This document shows, in pieces, positions 17,151 through 26,799 of a DNA stretch of 64,000 bases (the stretch's first letter is position 1; each line of letters begins with the position of its first letter). Origin of the DNA: Polyangiales bacterium (GTDB lineage: Bacteria; Myxococcota_A; Polyangia; Polyangiales; Polyangiaceae); contig JBBRLQ010000002.1 in the NCBI GenBank assembly GCA_038231275.1, forward strand, positions 597,647-661,646. The letters run 5' to 3'. The position numbers were made by a program, and so were the translations under genes. The notes under the pieces were generated by a model. It was given only the letters and a program-made list of their open reading frames with translations, made no database searches and was not told the origin of the DNA.

Positions 17151-18263
17151 CTACCCGGTGCGCTCGGCCGCGAGCGGAAGCGTGAAGCGCAGTGCGGTAC
17201 CTCCGCCCTCGCGCCGCTCTGCCCAGATCCTGCCTCCGTGAGCCTCGACGATGCACTTCGAGATGTACAAGCCGAGCCCGTGTCCGCGCCGATCCCTCTT
17301 GACCTGCCCGAAGCGCTCGAAGATCGCCTCCTTGTGATCCTCGGGAATGCCCACACCCGTGTCGGTCACGGAGAAACGAACCTCCGAGCCCGTCACCGTG
17401 ACCGAGGACACGACGCGGCCTCCGGGCTCCGTGAATTTCAGGGCGTTGCTCAGGATGTTTGCGAGAACCTGGAGGATGCGATTGTGATCGAAGTTCGCGA
17501 TGATCGGGTCCAGCGCCATGTCCGCCGCCAGCACGATTTGCTTGGCCGAGAAGGAAGGCTGGAAGGCTTCGATGGCTTCGTTCACCACTTGGACCGCGTC
17601 GTGCGGCTGTAGCGTCACACGGAGCTTGCCCGCTTCGAGGCTCACGACGTCGAGAAGATCGCCAACGAGTCGGTTCATCCGCGCGGCGCCGCGTTGAATG
17701 CGACCGGTCTGCGCCTTCGTCTCTGCGCCGCCATCTTTCTCGGTGGCCGCTCGTTTGGCGAGCATGGCCGCGCTCATCGCGATGGTCCCGAGGATATTTC
17801 GCAGATCGTGGCTGACGATTCCCAGGAAGTCGTCCCGCGTGGCGACGACCTCGTCTGCGCGCGCGCGCTCGACGAGGAGCCCGTCATCGGTGGCCTCGCG
17901 CTCGAGTCGAAGCAGAGCCGAGAGCGCACGCTGGTGCTCTTCGCGATCCGCACGAAGGCGTTCTTCGGCAATGGTTCGCTCATCGGCGACGACTCTGTCT
18001 GCCAACGTGCGCTCGACCTCGACCTCGTGCTGGACCTTCCGCGGCGTGCCCGCCACCGCCATGGCCTGATCCGCGAGCTCTCGTGCTTTGCCGAGGGTCT
18101 GCTCGGCGCGTTCGCGGGCCACCTCCACGAGGTGATCCTCTTCTTCCTCGGCGGACGCTCTTTTCCTGACGAGCTCGGCGTCCGTCCTGATTCGCTCGGC
18201 GAGGAGGCTCGCGTCGGTATCTTCGCGCTCCTTCGTCGGCTTCGGCGGATGGGGATCGCTCAC
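17151..18263 (-). CDS. Cytoplasmic sensor histidine kinase (HisKA + HATPase)
   Basis: H-box VSHDLRN, N-box NILSNALKF, G1 DTGVGI, F-box IFERF, G2 GHGLGLYI; charged coiled-coil N-terminus and no TM. Confidence 0.93.
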   Translation of the reverse strand: MSDPHPPKPTKEREDTDASLLAERIRTDAELVRKRASAEEEEDHLVEVARERAEQTLGKARELADQAMAVAGTPRKVQHEVEVERTLADRVVADERTIAEERLRADREEHQRALSALLRLEREATDDGLLVERARADEVVATRDDFLGIVSHDLRNILGTIAMSAAMLAKRAATEKDGGAETKAQTGRIQRGAARMNRLVGDLLDVVSLEAGKLRVTLQPHDAVQVVNEAIEAFQPSFSAKQIVLAADMALDPIIANFDHNRILQVLANILSNALKFTEPGGRVVSSVTVTGSEVRFSVTDTGVGIPEDHKEAIFERFGQVKRDRRGHGLGLYISKCIVEAHGGRIWAERREGGGTALRFTLPLAAERTG

Positions 18264-18322
18264 GGCGTAATCCTACGCGAGATTCACCGGTGGAGCGATC
18301 CTCGCCACCGACACAGGCAGAG

Positions 18323-18847
18323 TCACACCAGCGCGCGCTCGGTCGCTTGGTAGAGCGCCTTCACGGACGGGCGGCTCAGCGCCAGGAGCGTCGCGATCCC
18401 GAGCGCGGTCCCGAACGGCACGTTCAAGCACGTGAGACACGCGACCACGAAGCTCAGCGTCGAGCGGCGATGGGAGCGAAGGCTGACCCCAGACCACACG
18501 ACGAGCGCCGCCTTCCCCCACATGAGGAACATCGCGAACGCGCCGATCGCCGCGAAAATCCCCCCGATCGCCTCGGGCGGCGGCCCGCCAGCACTACCCC
18601 CGCTCGGCGGCGGCGCGGTCGCCATCGCGACGCCGAGGATGATGTAGATGACGAAGAAGAGGCCCATGAGCCCGAGGAAGCCGGCATAGACGAAGTGGAG
18701 CACGGCGAGCAGCTTCAGGTGCGATGCGTCCTGCGCCGATGTGTCCGGCGCGTACGGGTACGCCTGCTGCGGATAGACCGGGTAGCCAGGCGGGGCGCCA
18801 TAGGGCCCGGGCGGCGGGTACCTTCGCGGATCGTAGCCTTGATTCAT
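18323..18847 (-). CDS. Hypothetical membrane protein with Pro/Tyr-rich N-terminus
   Basis: HLKLLAVLHFV...CLNVPFGTALGI; several TM helices. Confidence 0.8.
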   Translation of the reverse strand: MNQGYDPRRYPPPGPYGAPPGYPVYPQQAYPYAPDTSAQDASHLKLLAVLHFVYAGFLGLMGLFFVIYIILGVAMATAPPPSGGSAGGPPPEAIGGIFAAIGAFAMFLMWGKAALVVWSGVSLRSHRRSTLSFVVACLTCLNVPFGTALGIATLLALSRPSVKALYQATERALV

Positions 18848-18991
18848 CGGCCCAGACCTTAGCGCGCACGCGGCCCTGAGGCGAACGGAGCCGGACGGGA
18901 CGCAGTGGAGTCCGAGCTGTCAGGCTTCACGTTCGCGATCTCTTGCGCATCCGCGTCGAGATCCTCCGTGTTCACGGCCACGACGCCCAGC

Positions 18992-20080
18992 TCAGAAGCG
19001 CTCTGCGTCGCTCTGCGGCGCTTGCGGCCACGCCTTCGACGCCTGACCGTTGATGGTCGTGCCGCCAAAGACGAACGCGGGAACCATGGTGAGCATGTCC
19101 ACCGGGAACGGCAGCGACGGCGTGCTCGCCTTGTCGAGCGCCTCGATCTCCGCGGGCGTGAGCTTCACGTCGAGGGCGCCGATGTTGTCGTCCAGCTGCT
19201 CGATCGTGCGGGCGCCGATGATCGTCGACGTGACGCCAGGGCGACCCTGGACCCACGCGAGCGCGACCCGCGCCACCGTCGTGACATGCGTTTTTGCGAT
19301 GCCTTCGAGGATGTCGAGGAGGTCGAACGTGCGGTCATCCAGATAGTTCGTCACGCGAACGCCGCGCGCCGCCTCGTGCTTTCCTTTGTCGGCCCGCTTG
19401 TACTTGCCGCTGAGCGCGCCGCCGCGTAGGGGGCCCCACGGCGTGATGCCGAGCCCGAGCTCCTGTGCCATCGGGACGAGCTCGCCTTCTACCGTGCGCT
19501 GGAGGAGCGAGTATTCGATCTGGAGCGCGACGAGCGGCGACCACGCCCGGAGCGCGGCCATCGTCTGCGCCTGCGCGACCTTCCACGCCGGCGTGTCGCT
19601 GAATCCCAAATAGCGAACCTTGCCCTGCTCGACGAGAGTATCGAGCGCGCGCATCGTCTCTTCGATGGGCGTCGTCTTGTCCCAGGCGTGCATCCAATAG
19701 AGATCGATGTAGTCGGTGCGAAGTCGGCGGAGCGATTCTTCGCATTGGGCGACGATCGCTTTCCGACTCGCGCCACCGCCGTTCGGATCTCCCAAGTAGA
19801 GGTTCGTCACGAACTTGGTGGCGATCACCACACGGTCTCGCTTCTTGCGATCGTGCGCGAGGTGGTCGCCGATGATCACTTCGGAGTGGCCCTTGGTGTA
19901 GCCGTTCGCGGTGTCGATGAAGTTGCCCCCCCGCTCGATGTAGCGGTCGAGGATGCGGGTTGCGTCCGCCGGCTCCGAGCCCCAGGCCCCCCATTCCTTG
20001 CCGAAGGTCATGGTGCCGAGGCAGAACGGACTGACACGAAGCCCCGAGTGACCGAGCGTGACGTAGTGGGCGAGCGACAT
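18992..20080 (-). CDS. Aldo/keto reductase
   Basis: LGHSGLRVSPFCLGTMTFG, FIDTANGY, VIATK, DYIDLYWMH, GKVRYLG. Confidence 0.95.
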   Translation of the reverse strand: MSLAHYVTLGHSGLRVSPFCLGTMTFGKEWGAWGSEPADATRILDRYIERGGNFIDTANGYTKGHSEVIIGDHLAHDRKKRDRVVIATKFVTNLYLGDPNGGGASRKAIVAQCEESLRRLRTDYIDLYWMHAWDKTTPIEETMRALDTLVEQGKVRYLGFSDTPAWKVAQAQTMAALRAWSPLVALQIEYSLLQRTVEGELVPMAQELGLGITPWGPLRGGALSGKYKRADKGKHEAARGVRVTNYLDDRTFDLLDILEGIAKTHVTTVARVALAWVQGRPGVTSTIIGARTIEQLDDNIGALDVKLTPAEIEALDKASTPSLPFPVDMLTMVPAFVFGGTTINGQASKAWPQAPQSDAERF

Positions 20081-20130
20081 GCGCTCGTCGTACTGCGTCC
20101 GCCTAGTAGCGTCGAGAAGGATGCTTCAGA

Positions 20131-20535
20131 CTATCCTCCGCCCGCCGGGCGCGGGTCGATGAGGTCGAAGCGGTTGCCGTAGAGATCCTCGAAGACGGCC
20201 ACGGTGCCGTACGCCTCCTTCGTCGGCGGGCGCACGAACGTCACGCCTCGCGCAACCAGGTCCCGGTAGTCTCGCCAGAACTGGTCCGTCTCCAAGAAGA
20301 CGAAGACTCGGCCGCCGGTTTGGTTTCCGATACAGGTCATCTGCTCTTCCGAAACGGCCCGCGCCAGCAGAATGCCTGAACCCGTCGAGCCCGCCGGACG
20401 TACACGGACCCAGCGTTTGCCGCCCCCGAGATCCGTGTCCTCGAGGCGCTCGAAGCCGAGCTTGTCGACATAAAAGGAGAGGGCTTCGTCGTAATCGCGA
20501 ACGACCACCGAGAACTGGGCGATGTGCTGGGCCAT
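20131..20535 (-). CDS. VOC/glyoxalase family protein
   Basis: VVRDYDEALSFY...GNQTGGRVF...YGTVAVFEDLYGNRFDL. Confidence 0.92.
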   Translation of the reverse strand: MAQHIAQFSVVVRDYDEALSFYVDKLGFERLEDTDLGGGKRWVRVRPAGSTGSGILLARAVSEEQMTCIGNQTGGRVFVFLETDQFWRDYRDLVARGVTFVRPPTKEAYGTVAVFEDLYGNRFDLIDPRPAGGG

Positions 20536-20736
20536 GGCGATGCTACGTGGAGCGGTTCTTCGCTCCTCGAAGACCTACCACGCCTCGAACAAGAGGACTT
20601 AGAGGCCGCCGGTCCGGTGGAATCGTGCGGCCTTCATCGCGTACCGTCCGTCGTCGCGAGCGCCGTCACCGCATCGAGCCTCAGGTTCTTCCTGATTCCC
20701 GCCTCCACCGGCCCCCCTTCGCCGCTGCAGCGCTCC

Positions 20737-20855
20737 GAACGCGCGCGTCGGAGGAAGCAAGTGCGCAGATGCTCCGTGCGCGCGAGCACGATCGCACCGC
20801 GCTCGAGGTGCTTGTCAGACTGATGGGTACCGACATGGAGCTCACGCTCAGGTGA
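20737..20855 (+). repeat. 119-bp direct repeat, copy 1 (3' end of an unknown gene)
   Basis: 108/119 identical to 22721-22839; both copies encode TRASEEASAQMLRAREHDR.ALE.LVRLMGTDMELTLR-stop. Confidence 0.9.
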
Positions 20856-21008
20856 CGCGCGAGCTTCGAGCTCCATGTCGCGATCGTCCCAGCGAACGGC
20901 GGCGCCGACGATGACGCCATGAAGAACGAGCGCCGCTCCGCGCCCATCGACACGCGCTCTCGTGTCGCGCGCGTGCTCGCGCCGAAATGGTAAGATCGTC
21001 GAAGCATC

Positions 21009-21491
21009 ATGACGGACAGACATCAGACGCGGGCGGCAGAGGCCATGGTCGCCGCGCTGAAGCGCTTTCAGGACTCCGTCGATTTGTTCGACGCCACGGC
21101 CGCCGCCTCCCTGGGGATCAATGCGACGGACCTGCGTTGTTTGACGGCGCTTCGCGACCGAGGCGCCATGAAAGCCAGTGAAGTGGCGGACGGGCTCGGA
21201 CTAACGCGCGGAGCGACGACGACGGCGCTCGACCGACTGCAGGCGCGAGATTATCTCACGCGCAGCGCGAACGCCGACGACGGGCGCAGCGTGGTCGTGG
21301 ATTTGACGGACGAAGGGCGGGGTCGCCTCGATGCAATCTGGGGCCCCATGCGACGGCGCGGCAGCGAGCATTTGCGGTCGTATTCGGTCCCTGAGCTCCA
21401 GCTGCTCGAGCGATTCTTCAACCGGTCTGTCGAGCTGCAGACGCATTGCACCAAGAACATGCGCGCCTCTGATCGGCGATCGGCCCGCTAG
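21009..21491 (+). CDS. MarR family transcriptional regulator
   Basis: LGINATDLRCL...LGLTRGATTTALDRL...DGRSVVV. Confidence 0.92.
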   Translation: MTDRHQTRAAEAMVAALKRFQDSVDLFDATAAASLGINATDLRCLTALRDRGAMKASEVADGLGLTRGATTTALDRLQARDYLTRSANADDGRSVVVDLTDEGRGRLDAIWGPMRRRGSEHLRSYSVPELQLLERFFNRSVELQTHCTKNMRASDRRSAR

Positions 21492-21497
21492 CGATCG

Positions 21498-21944
21498 TCA
21501 CTTCTCCGCGTCGATGACCTTTCCGAAGCCGGAGTCCTTCGTCTGGTTCTGGCCACGTTTTCCTTGTGCGAACTCGACGGCGTACCCGTCGGGATCGAAA
21601 GCCGTCATCGATCGCTCCCACGGCTCGTCGTGCGGGGGCTGGTGGAAGACGACGCCCTTGCTCTTCAAGTCTTCGTAGAGACCACCCAGGTCATCGGTCG
21701 TGAACTCGACATGGATGGCCGACTTCTGCGCCGGTGAGGATGCCTCCACGCCCTCTTTTTGCGCCTCGGCCATGGCGAGCAGCCCGATCGTACCCGCACC
21801 CAGGCGGAGCATCGCGAAGGCAGGCACAGAGTTCCAAGCGACCTTCAGCCCGAGCTTGCCGCTGTAGAAATCGATCGACCGTTGGACGTCCGCCACAGTC
21901 AGCGTCAGGCCCTCGAACCGCATCTTGTCCGTCGTCTCGGGCAT
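21498..21944 (-). CDS. VOC/glyoxalase family protein
   Basis: LTVADVQRSIDFY...PHDEPWERSMTAFDPDGYAVEF. Confidence 0.92.
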   Translation of the reverse strand: MPETTDKMRFEGLTLTVADVQRSIDFYSGKLGLKVAWNSVPAFAMLRLGAGTIGLLAMAEAQKEGVEASSPAQKSAIHVEFTTDDLGGLYEDLKSKGVVFHQPPHDEPWERSMTAFDPDGYAVEFAQGKRGQNQTKDSGFGKVIDAEK

Positions 21945-22028
21945 CTCTTTACTCCACCGTCAGGCGCGGCTTGCGCAAGGTGCTCGATACCCGCGTCACC
22001 GCGGCACGGGCTTCACCGAGTCGCCAAT

Positions 22029-22066
22029 TATGGTTTTACAATAAAACCATATGATACGATTGTCAA
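22029..22066 (-). promoter_or_regulatory. Sigma70-type promoter with overlapping 10-3-10 operator
   Basis: TTGACA (22066-22061), 17-nt spacer, TATTGT (22043-22038); inverted repeat TATGGTTTTA-CAA-TAAAACCATA at 22029-22051. Confidence 0.8.
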
Positions 22067-22202
22067 AGGATCACCGCTTGTGACCGATCCCCTTCGGCAC
22101 CATCACCCTCCGTCGGATGCAGCGTGAGAGTGTGTAGACGAGGCGGGCGATGCGAACGTCGTACTCCTGACGCGAACGCGAAGCTGGGCTAAGCGTGATC
22201 TC

Positions 22203-22469
22203 GTGAGTAGCCGTAGAGTGCCCGGTGGCGTCGTGCACGAGCTTCCTGAAGACCTGCGCACGGCCCTGGTCGCCCATCCTGCGGCGCTCGCGGCCTGGAA
22301 TGACATCACGCCTCTGGCCCGCAACGAGTTCATCTGCTGGGTGGAGGATGCAAAGCAGGCGAAGACCCGGGAACGCCGCATTCGCCGAACCCGGGAGGAG
22401 CTCGAGGAAGGCCAGCGTCGGCCCTGCTGCTGGCCCGGGTGCAGCCACCGCGAACGCACCGGAAAGTAG
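22203..22469 (+). CDS. YdeI/OmpD-associated family protein
   Basis: LPEDLRTAL...WNDITPLARNEFICWVEDAKQAKTRERRI...RPCCWPGC. Confidence 0.88.
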   Translation: MSSRRVPGGVVHELPEDLRTALVAHPAALAAWNDITPLARNEFICWVEDAKQAKTRERRIRRTREELEEGQRRPCCWPGCSHRERTGK

Positions 22470-22720
22470 CTGCGCGTGTCGTTCCTGCGTGAGCAGGCTC
22501 AGCTGCGGACGGGCGGGCGGCGCGTCGAACGAGAGTGTGCCAAAGTAAGACGAGATGCCGCGAGCTACGATCCTCCCTGGCCCGCATCGGGGCGATCCGG
22601 ACGTCGATCCGACCAAGACCGAGCGCTGGGCGCCAAGCTCCGGCGCGCGGCGCATGGTCGATCGTGCGAGCTCGCCCTCGGCCTTCCCCGAGGCACGACG
22701 TTTCGAGACCATCTATCCTG

Positions 22721-22839
22721 GAACGCGCGCATCGGAGGAAGCCAGCGCGCAGATGCTCCGTGCGCGCGAGCACGATCGCGCCGCGCTCGAGAGCCTTGTC
22801 AGATTGATGGGCACCGACATGGAGCTCACGCTTCGGTGA
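22721..22839 (+). repeat. 119-bp direct repeat, copy 2 (end of a degenerate ORF, about 22476-22839)
   Basis: Matches 20737-20855; differences are mostly synonymous. Confidence 0.9.
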
Positions 22840-22957
22840 GTGGAGCGAAGCGCAGCGCAGCGAAACGCTCCTGAATCTCCTGAACCTAACGCGACGCCGC
22901 CGGCCCTGGAGAGCTCGGCGACGGACTCCCCTTGCATGCCGCCCATCCGTGCGTTAC

Positions 22958-22981
22958 ATACTGAACCATATGGTTCAGTAT
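22958..22981. promoter_or_regulatory. Perfect 24-bp palindrome over the ArsR start codon (autoregulatory operator)
   Basis: ATACTGAACCAT-ATGGTTCAGTAT; the ATG at 22970 begins the right arm. Confidence 0.8.
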
Positions 22982-23335
22982 TCGAAAGCCCGCCTCGATG
23001 AATCGTTCGCCGCGCTCTCGGACGCCACCCGACGCGGCGTTCTGGAGCAGCTCGGACGTGCAGACGCTTCGATCACGGACCTTGCCGAAAAGTTCCACAT
23101 GACCTTGACGGGCATGAAGAAGCACGTCGGCGTTTTGGAGCAGGCCGGTCTCGTGACCACGGAGAAGGTCGGTCGCGTGCGGACGTGCAAGCTCGGGCTG
23201 CGCCGGCTGGAGGATGAGACGGCGTGGATCGAGAGGTATCGCCAGCTATGGGACGCCCGCTTCGACGAGCTGGACAAGGTTATCGATGAACTGAAACGGA
23301 AGGAGAAGGTCGATGGACGCAAGAAAAGACAGTGA
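22970..23335 (+). CDS. ArsR family transcriptional regulator
   Basis: FAALSDATRRG...MTLTGMKKHVGVLEQAGLV...KVGRVR. Confidence 0.92.
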   Translation: MVQYSKARLDESFAALSDATRRGVLEQLGRADASITDLAEKFHMTLTGMKKHVGVLEQAGLVTTEKVGRVRTCKLGLRRLEDETAWIERYRQLWDARFDELDKVIDELKRKEKVDGRKKRQ

Positions 23336-23833
23336 GCCCACCCCCATGAAGAACCGCACGACGGTGAACGGAAGTCCGAGCGTGAGCTCGTCGTCACGCG
23401 AGCCTTCAACGGCCCGGCGCGCATCGTGTTCGAGGCGTGGACCAAGCCCGAGCTGCTCAAGCAGTGGTGGGTACCGAAGTCGAGTGGCTTGTCCTTGCTT
23501 TCCTGCGAGGCGGATGCGCGTGTCGGGGGCAGGTACCGTTTGGTGTTCAGCCACGGCGCCTCGACCATGGAGTTCTTCGGTAGGTACCTCGAAGCGACAC
23601 CGCACTCGCGCCTCGTGTGGACCAACGACGAAGGTGGTGACGGTGGGGCCGTCACGACAGTGACCTTCGAGGAAAAGGGCGGCAAGACGCTGGTGGTCAT
23701 GCGCGATCTCTATCCCTCGAAGGAAGCTCTCGACGCTGCGATCGCCTCCGGGGCGACGGCCGGGCTGCCCGAGACGCTCGAGCAACTGGAGGAGCTTCTC
23801 GTCACCCTCGGCGCGAGCATGGGACGGGCCTGA
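23313..23833 (+). pseudogene. SRPBCC/AHSA1 protein with a 1-nt frameshift near 23366
   Basis: Adding one G to GGTG^AACG gives TVERKSERELVVTRAFNGPARIVFEAWTKPELLKQWW. Confidence 0.8.
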
Positions 23834-23994
23834 GGTCATCGACCTACCGCATTATTTAGCCTCTACGCAAATGATTTAGGCTTGCAAACATTAGCATGTG
23901 CGCTAAACGTTGTCTCGCGATGACCGTGGGGGCGCCGCCGTCGACGACCGAAGATCCCCGCATCCGTGACCGCCACGTAGAAAGGAGCCAGAAC

Positions 23995-24333
23995 ATGAGC
24001 GCAGACGTGAAAAAGCCGATGTGGGTGCACTGCATTTACCGCCCAAAGGTCGGCCAGGAAGAGGCGCTCTTCGCCCTGGTCAAGAAGCACTGGCCGGCGG
24101 TCCGCCGCTCCGGGCTCGGCGCGGACGCGAAGCCAATCGTCTACCGCGCGACCGACAAGCGAACCGGGCGCCCGTTCTTCGTGGAGATCTTCGCGTGGCG
24201 CGACGAGGACGCGCCGCGCCTCGCCCACCAGACGCCCGAGATGATGGCGATCTGGGAGCCGATGGGGCCGATGATCGAAGGCGGCCCCTCGCCGGAGCTC
24301 GCGGTCCTCGAAGCCGTGAGTGTCGAAGAGTAG
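23995..24333 (+). CDS. Hypothetical protein, possible dimeric alpha/beta barrel (ABM-like)
   Basis: AAGGAG RBS; YRPKVGQEEAL...FVEIFAW...AHQTPEMMAIWEPM. Confidence 0.75.
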   Translation: MSADVKKPMWVHCIYRPKVGQEEALFALVKKHWPAVRRSGLGADAKPIVYRATDKRTGRPFFVEIFAWRDEDAPRLAHQTPEMMAIWEPMGPMIEGGPSPELAVLEAVSVEE

Positions 24334-24685
24334 TGCCGAGGAGCGCCTCGACGCGCTCGAGGCCGTGTGCGCCGCGCTTGCCCACGCGGCGCGGCGTCAG
24401 ATCCTGCTCACCGTGCACTTTCGGGGCGGAGCGATGCCGGCGGGGGAGATCGCGGGGCGCTTCGCACACGCGTGGCCAACGACGACGCGCCACTTGAAGG
24501 TGCTCGAAGCGGCCGGCTTGCTCGTCCACGAGAAGGTCGGTCGCACGGTGGTCTACTCCATCAACCGCGAGCGCCTGGCGGTGCTCCAGGAGTGGCTCGC
24601 GTGGTTCGGGCCGTTGCCGGAGCGCGCCCCGCCGCAAGGCGACGCCCCGCGGCGCGCGAAAACGAGAACCGCGCGGCACGATTAG
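24320..24685 (+). CDS. ArsR family transcriptional regulator
   Basis: ALAHAARRQIL...AGEIAGRF...WPTTTRHLKVLEAAGLL...GRTVVY. Confidence 0.9.
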   Translation: MSKSSAEERLDALEAVCAALAHAARRQILLTVHFRGGAMPAGEIAGRFAHAWPTTTRHLKVLEAAGLLVHEKVGRTVVYSINRERLAVLQEWLAWFGPLPERAPPQGDAPRRAKTRTARHD

Positions 24686-24726
24686 ACCGTTTGGAAAGTT
24701 CGAACTGGACACTGGGAGAAGAAGCG

Positions 24727-25128
24727 ATGCCGCGAGCGAAAAACCCCTCCAACGCCGTGCTCAAGGACCTGCGCGCGTACGGCCTGGCGTACCCCGGAGC
24801 TCACACGAAGAGCCCTTGGCCGGGTCACCTCGATCTGGCGGTCAACGACAAGACGTTCGCGTACTTAAACGTGGAGGGCGAGCCGTTCGGGATCTCGTGC
24901 AAGCTCCCGCACTCCGCCGCGGCCGCGTTGATGCTCCCGTTCGTAACGCCCACCGCCTATGGCCTGGGGAAGAGCGGGTGGGTCTCGGCCAAGTTCCCCG
25001 AGGGGAAGCCGCTGCCGGTCGACATGCTCAAGTCGTGGATCGACGAGAGTTACCGCGCGCAGGCGCCGAAGAAGCTCGTGGCCACGCTGCCGTCGAAGGG
25101 CGCAGTGTTCGCGTACCGCTCGAGGTAG
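24727..25128 (+). CDS. MmcQ/YjbR family protein
   Basis: PWPGH..LAVNDKTF...PTAYGLGKSGWV...WIDESYRAQAPKKL. Confidence 0.88.
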   Translation: MPRAKNPSNAVLKDLRAYGLAYPGAHTKSPWPGHLDLAVNDKTFAYLNVEGEPFGISCKLPHSAAAALMLPFVTPTAYGLGKSGWVSAKFPEGKPLPVDMLKSWIDESYRAQAPKKLVATLPSKGAVFAYRSR

Positions 25129-25220
25129 ACGCGCGTGGACGTACAGATAGCGGCAGCGGGCACCGACGATCAAACGCGTGCGGCGATATCGACGCCGCGG
25201 GGTCGGCGTGCGCGCAGCTG
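25111..25220 (+). pseudogene. Internally deleted 5' remnant of the GNAT gene at 36241
   Basis: 25111-25173 matches 36217-36279 (61/63); 25179-25220 matches 36518-36559 (40/42). Confidence 0.9.
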
Positions 25221-25364
25221 GCTTCCAGCGGCCGTCGCACGGGGCTGTCCCCGGCACCCTTCGCATCCAGTCTTTCGCGCGTCATCCTGCGATGTGCGTC
25301 AGGGGCGCCGAAAAGATCTCGTGGCGCTGGCCGATTTCCGCTTTTCCCGCGCTACAATGGAAAG

Positions 25365-26600
25365 ATGCGCCTGATCCACGCGCTCGCGCTCATGCCGCTC
25401 GCGGCATGTACGTCACTCGCCGGCCTCTCCGCGAGCGATCCGCCTTCGGGTGACGACGCGGGAGACTCCGGAAATGGAGTGCCCGACTCGTCGATTCCGC
25501 CCACCCCGCCCGGCAACGACGCCGCATCGGATACCGCGACGCCGGACGGAGGATGCTCCGGTGCATCGTGCGGGCCGGCGTGCGACGGCGGGCTGACCTC
25601 ATGCTCGGGAGCATGTGTCGACACGCGGGTGGACAAGCTGAACTGCGGCGCTTGCGGCCACTCGTGCCTCGGCGCCACGTGCACCGCGGGCAAATGCGAT
25701 CCGGTCACCCTCACGACGACGCTCGCTCTGCCCTCGGCCGTTCGTGGCGTGGGCCAGAACCTGTACGTCCTTCGCACGGGCGGGATCGATCGCGTTCCAA
25801 AGGCCGGCGGCGCTCCGGTCTCCCTCGTTACCCCCGGCACGTTGAGCGGCGTCGTATCGCTGCCCTACGCCCTCGCCGTCGATCCCAACTACGCCTACTT
25901 CTTCGCGGCGGGCGGCGCTGCGACCACGGTCTTCCGGTGCGCGCTCGGCGGATGCTTCACCATTCCCCAGGCGCTGGTCCCGACCGGCATCTCCAACCCG
26001 CTCGCGATCGATGTGGACGCGACGACCCTCGCGTGGGGCGCGACCTACCAGGAGATCAAGTCCTGCGCGAGCGCGAGCTGCACCGCCGCGAGCACGCTCG
26101 CCCCGTCCGAAGAGGGGAGGACGCAGATCTCGCTGACGAAGGGCTACGTCGTCTGGGCGAACGAGTTCAATCGCGCGGTCTACCGTTGCGAGCGCGTCGG
26201 TTGCACCGCGCCCACCGAGCTCGCCGGCTCCAACGTGCTGGCGTCGCCGCCGGGCCCGCTCGTCGTGTACGGAGACACTGCTTATTTTGCGACGAGCGCG
26301 TCGATCTACTCCTGCGCGGTCGCGGGGTGCGGAGGCGCACCGACCGCGATCGCCCAGATGCCCGGCGTCGCATCGGCGATCGCGGCAGATGCGTCGGGGG
26401 TCTATTGGACGGTCCCCGCCGCGGGCAACGCGGGAGTGGTGGCTTCGTGCGGCGCCGGCAAGACCTGCGGGGCAACCCCTGTCCTCGTCGCGTCTGCGCG
26501 CGCCAACCCGGTCTCCTTGGCCCTGGACGACACCGCGGTTTATTGGGTCGAGGCAGACGGCGCGAACAACAAGGGAAGCGCGTTCAAGCTCGCAAAGTGA
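25365..26600 (+). CDS. Secreted Cys-rich lipoprotein with beta-propeller-like repeats
   Basis: Lipobox LAAC; CSGACVDTRVDKLNCGACGHSC repeat; repeated xAxDxxxxYW blades. Confidence 0.85.
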   Translation: MRLIHALALMPLAACTSLAGLSASDPPSGDDAGDSGNGVPDSSIPPTPPGNDAASDTATPDGGCSGASCGPACDGGLTSCSGACVDTRVDKLNCGACGHSCLGATCTAGKCDPVTLTTTLALPSAVRGVGQNLYVLRTGGIDRVPKAGGAPVSLVTPGTLSGVVSLPYALAVDPNYAYFFAAGGAATTVFRCALGGCFTIPQALVPTGISNPLAIDVDATTLAWGATYQEIKSCASASCTAASTLAPSEEGRTQISLTKGYVVWANEFNRAVYRCERVGCTAPTELAGSNVLASPPGPLVVYGDTAYFATSASIYSCAVAGCGGAPTAIAQMPGVASAIAADASGVYWTVPAAGNAGVVASCGAGKTCGATPVLVASARANPVSLALDDTAVYWVEADGANNKGSAFKLAK

Positions 26601-26799
26601 GTCGGTCTTCCCGCCGGGCCCGATGGGTTCGCCGCCGGGGCGCGCACGGCGCGGCGATCTACCCTGATTCGTGCATCGCGCAGGCCGCCGCCGCGCTACC
26701 TACGCGCGTTGGGCGACAACGCGACTTTCGGGGCACGATCGCGGACGATGCAGCAGTAGCGCGACGCGACGATCGCGCTGAGGTTATAAGCGGAGTGCC

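Noticed and set aside
23850-23910. TTAGC...GCTAAA imperfect palindromes upstream of 23995
   Set aside because: Plausible ArsR boxes, but too imperfect to call without comparative data.
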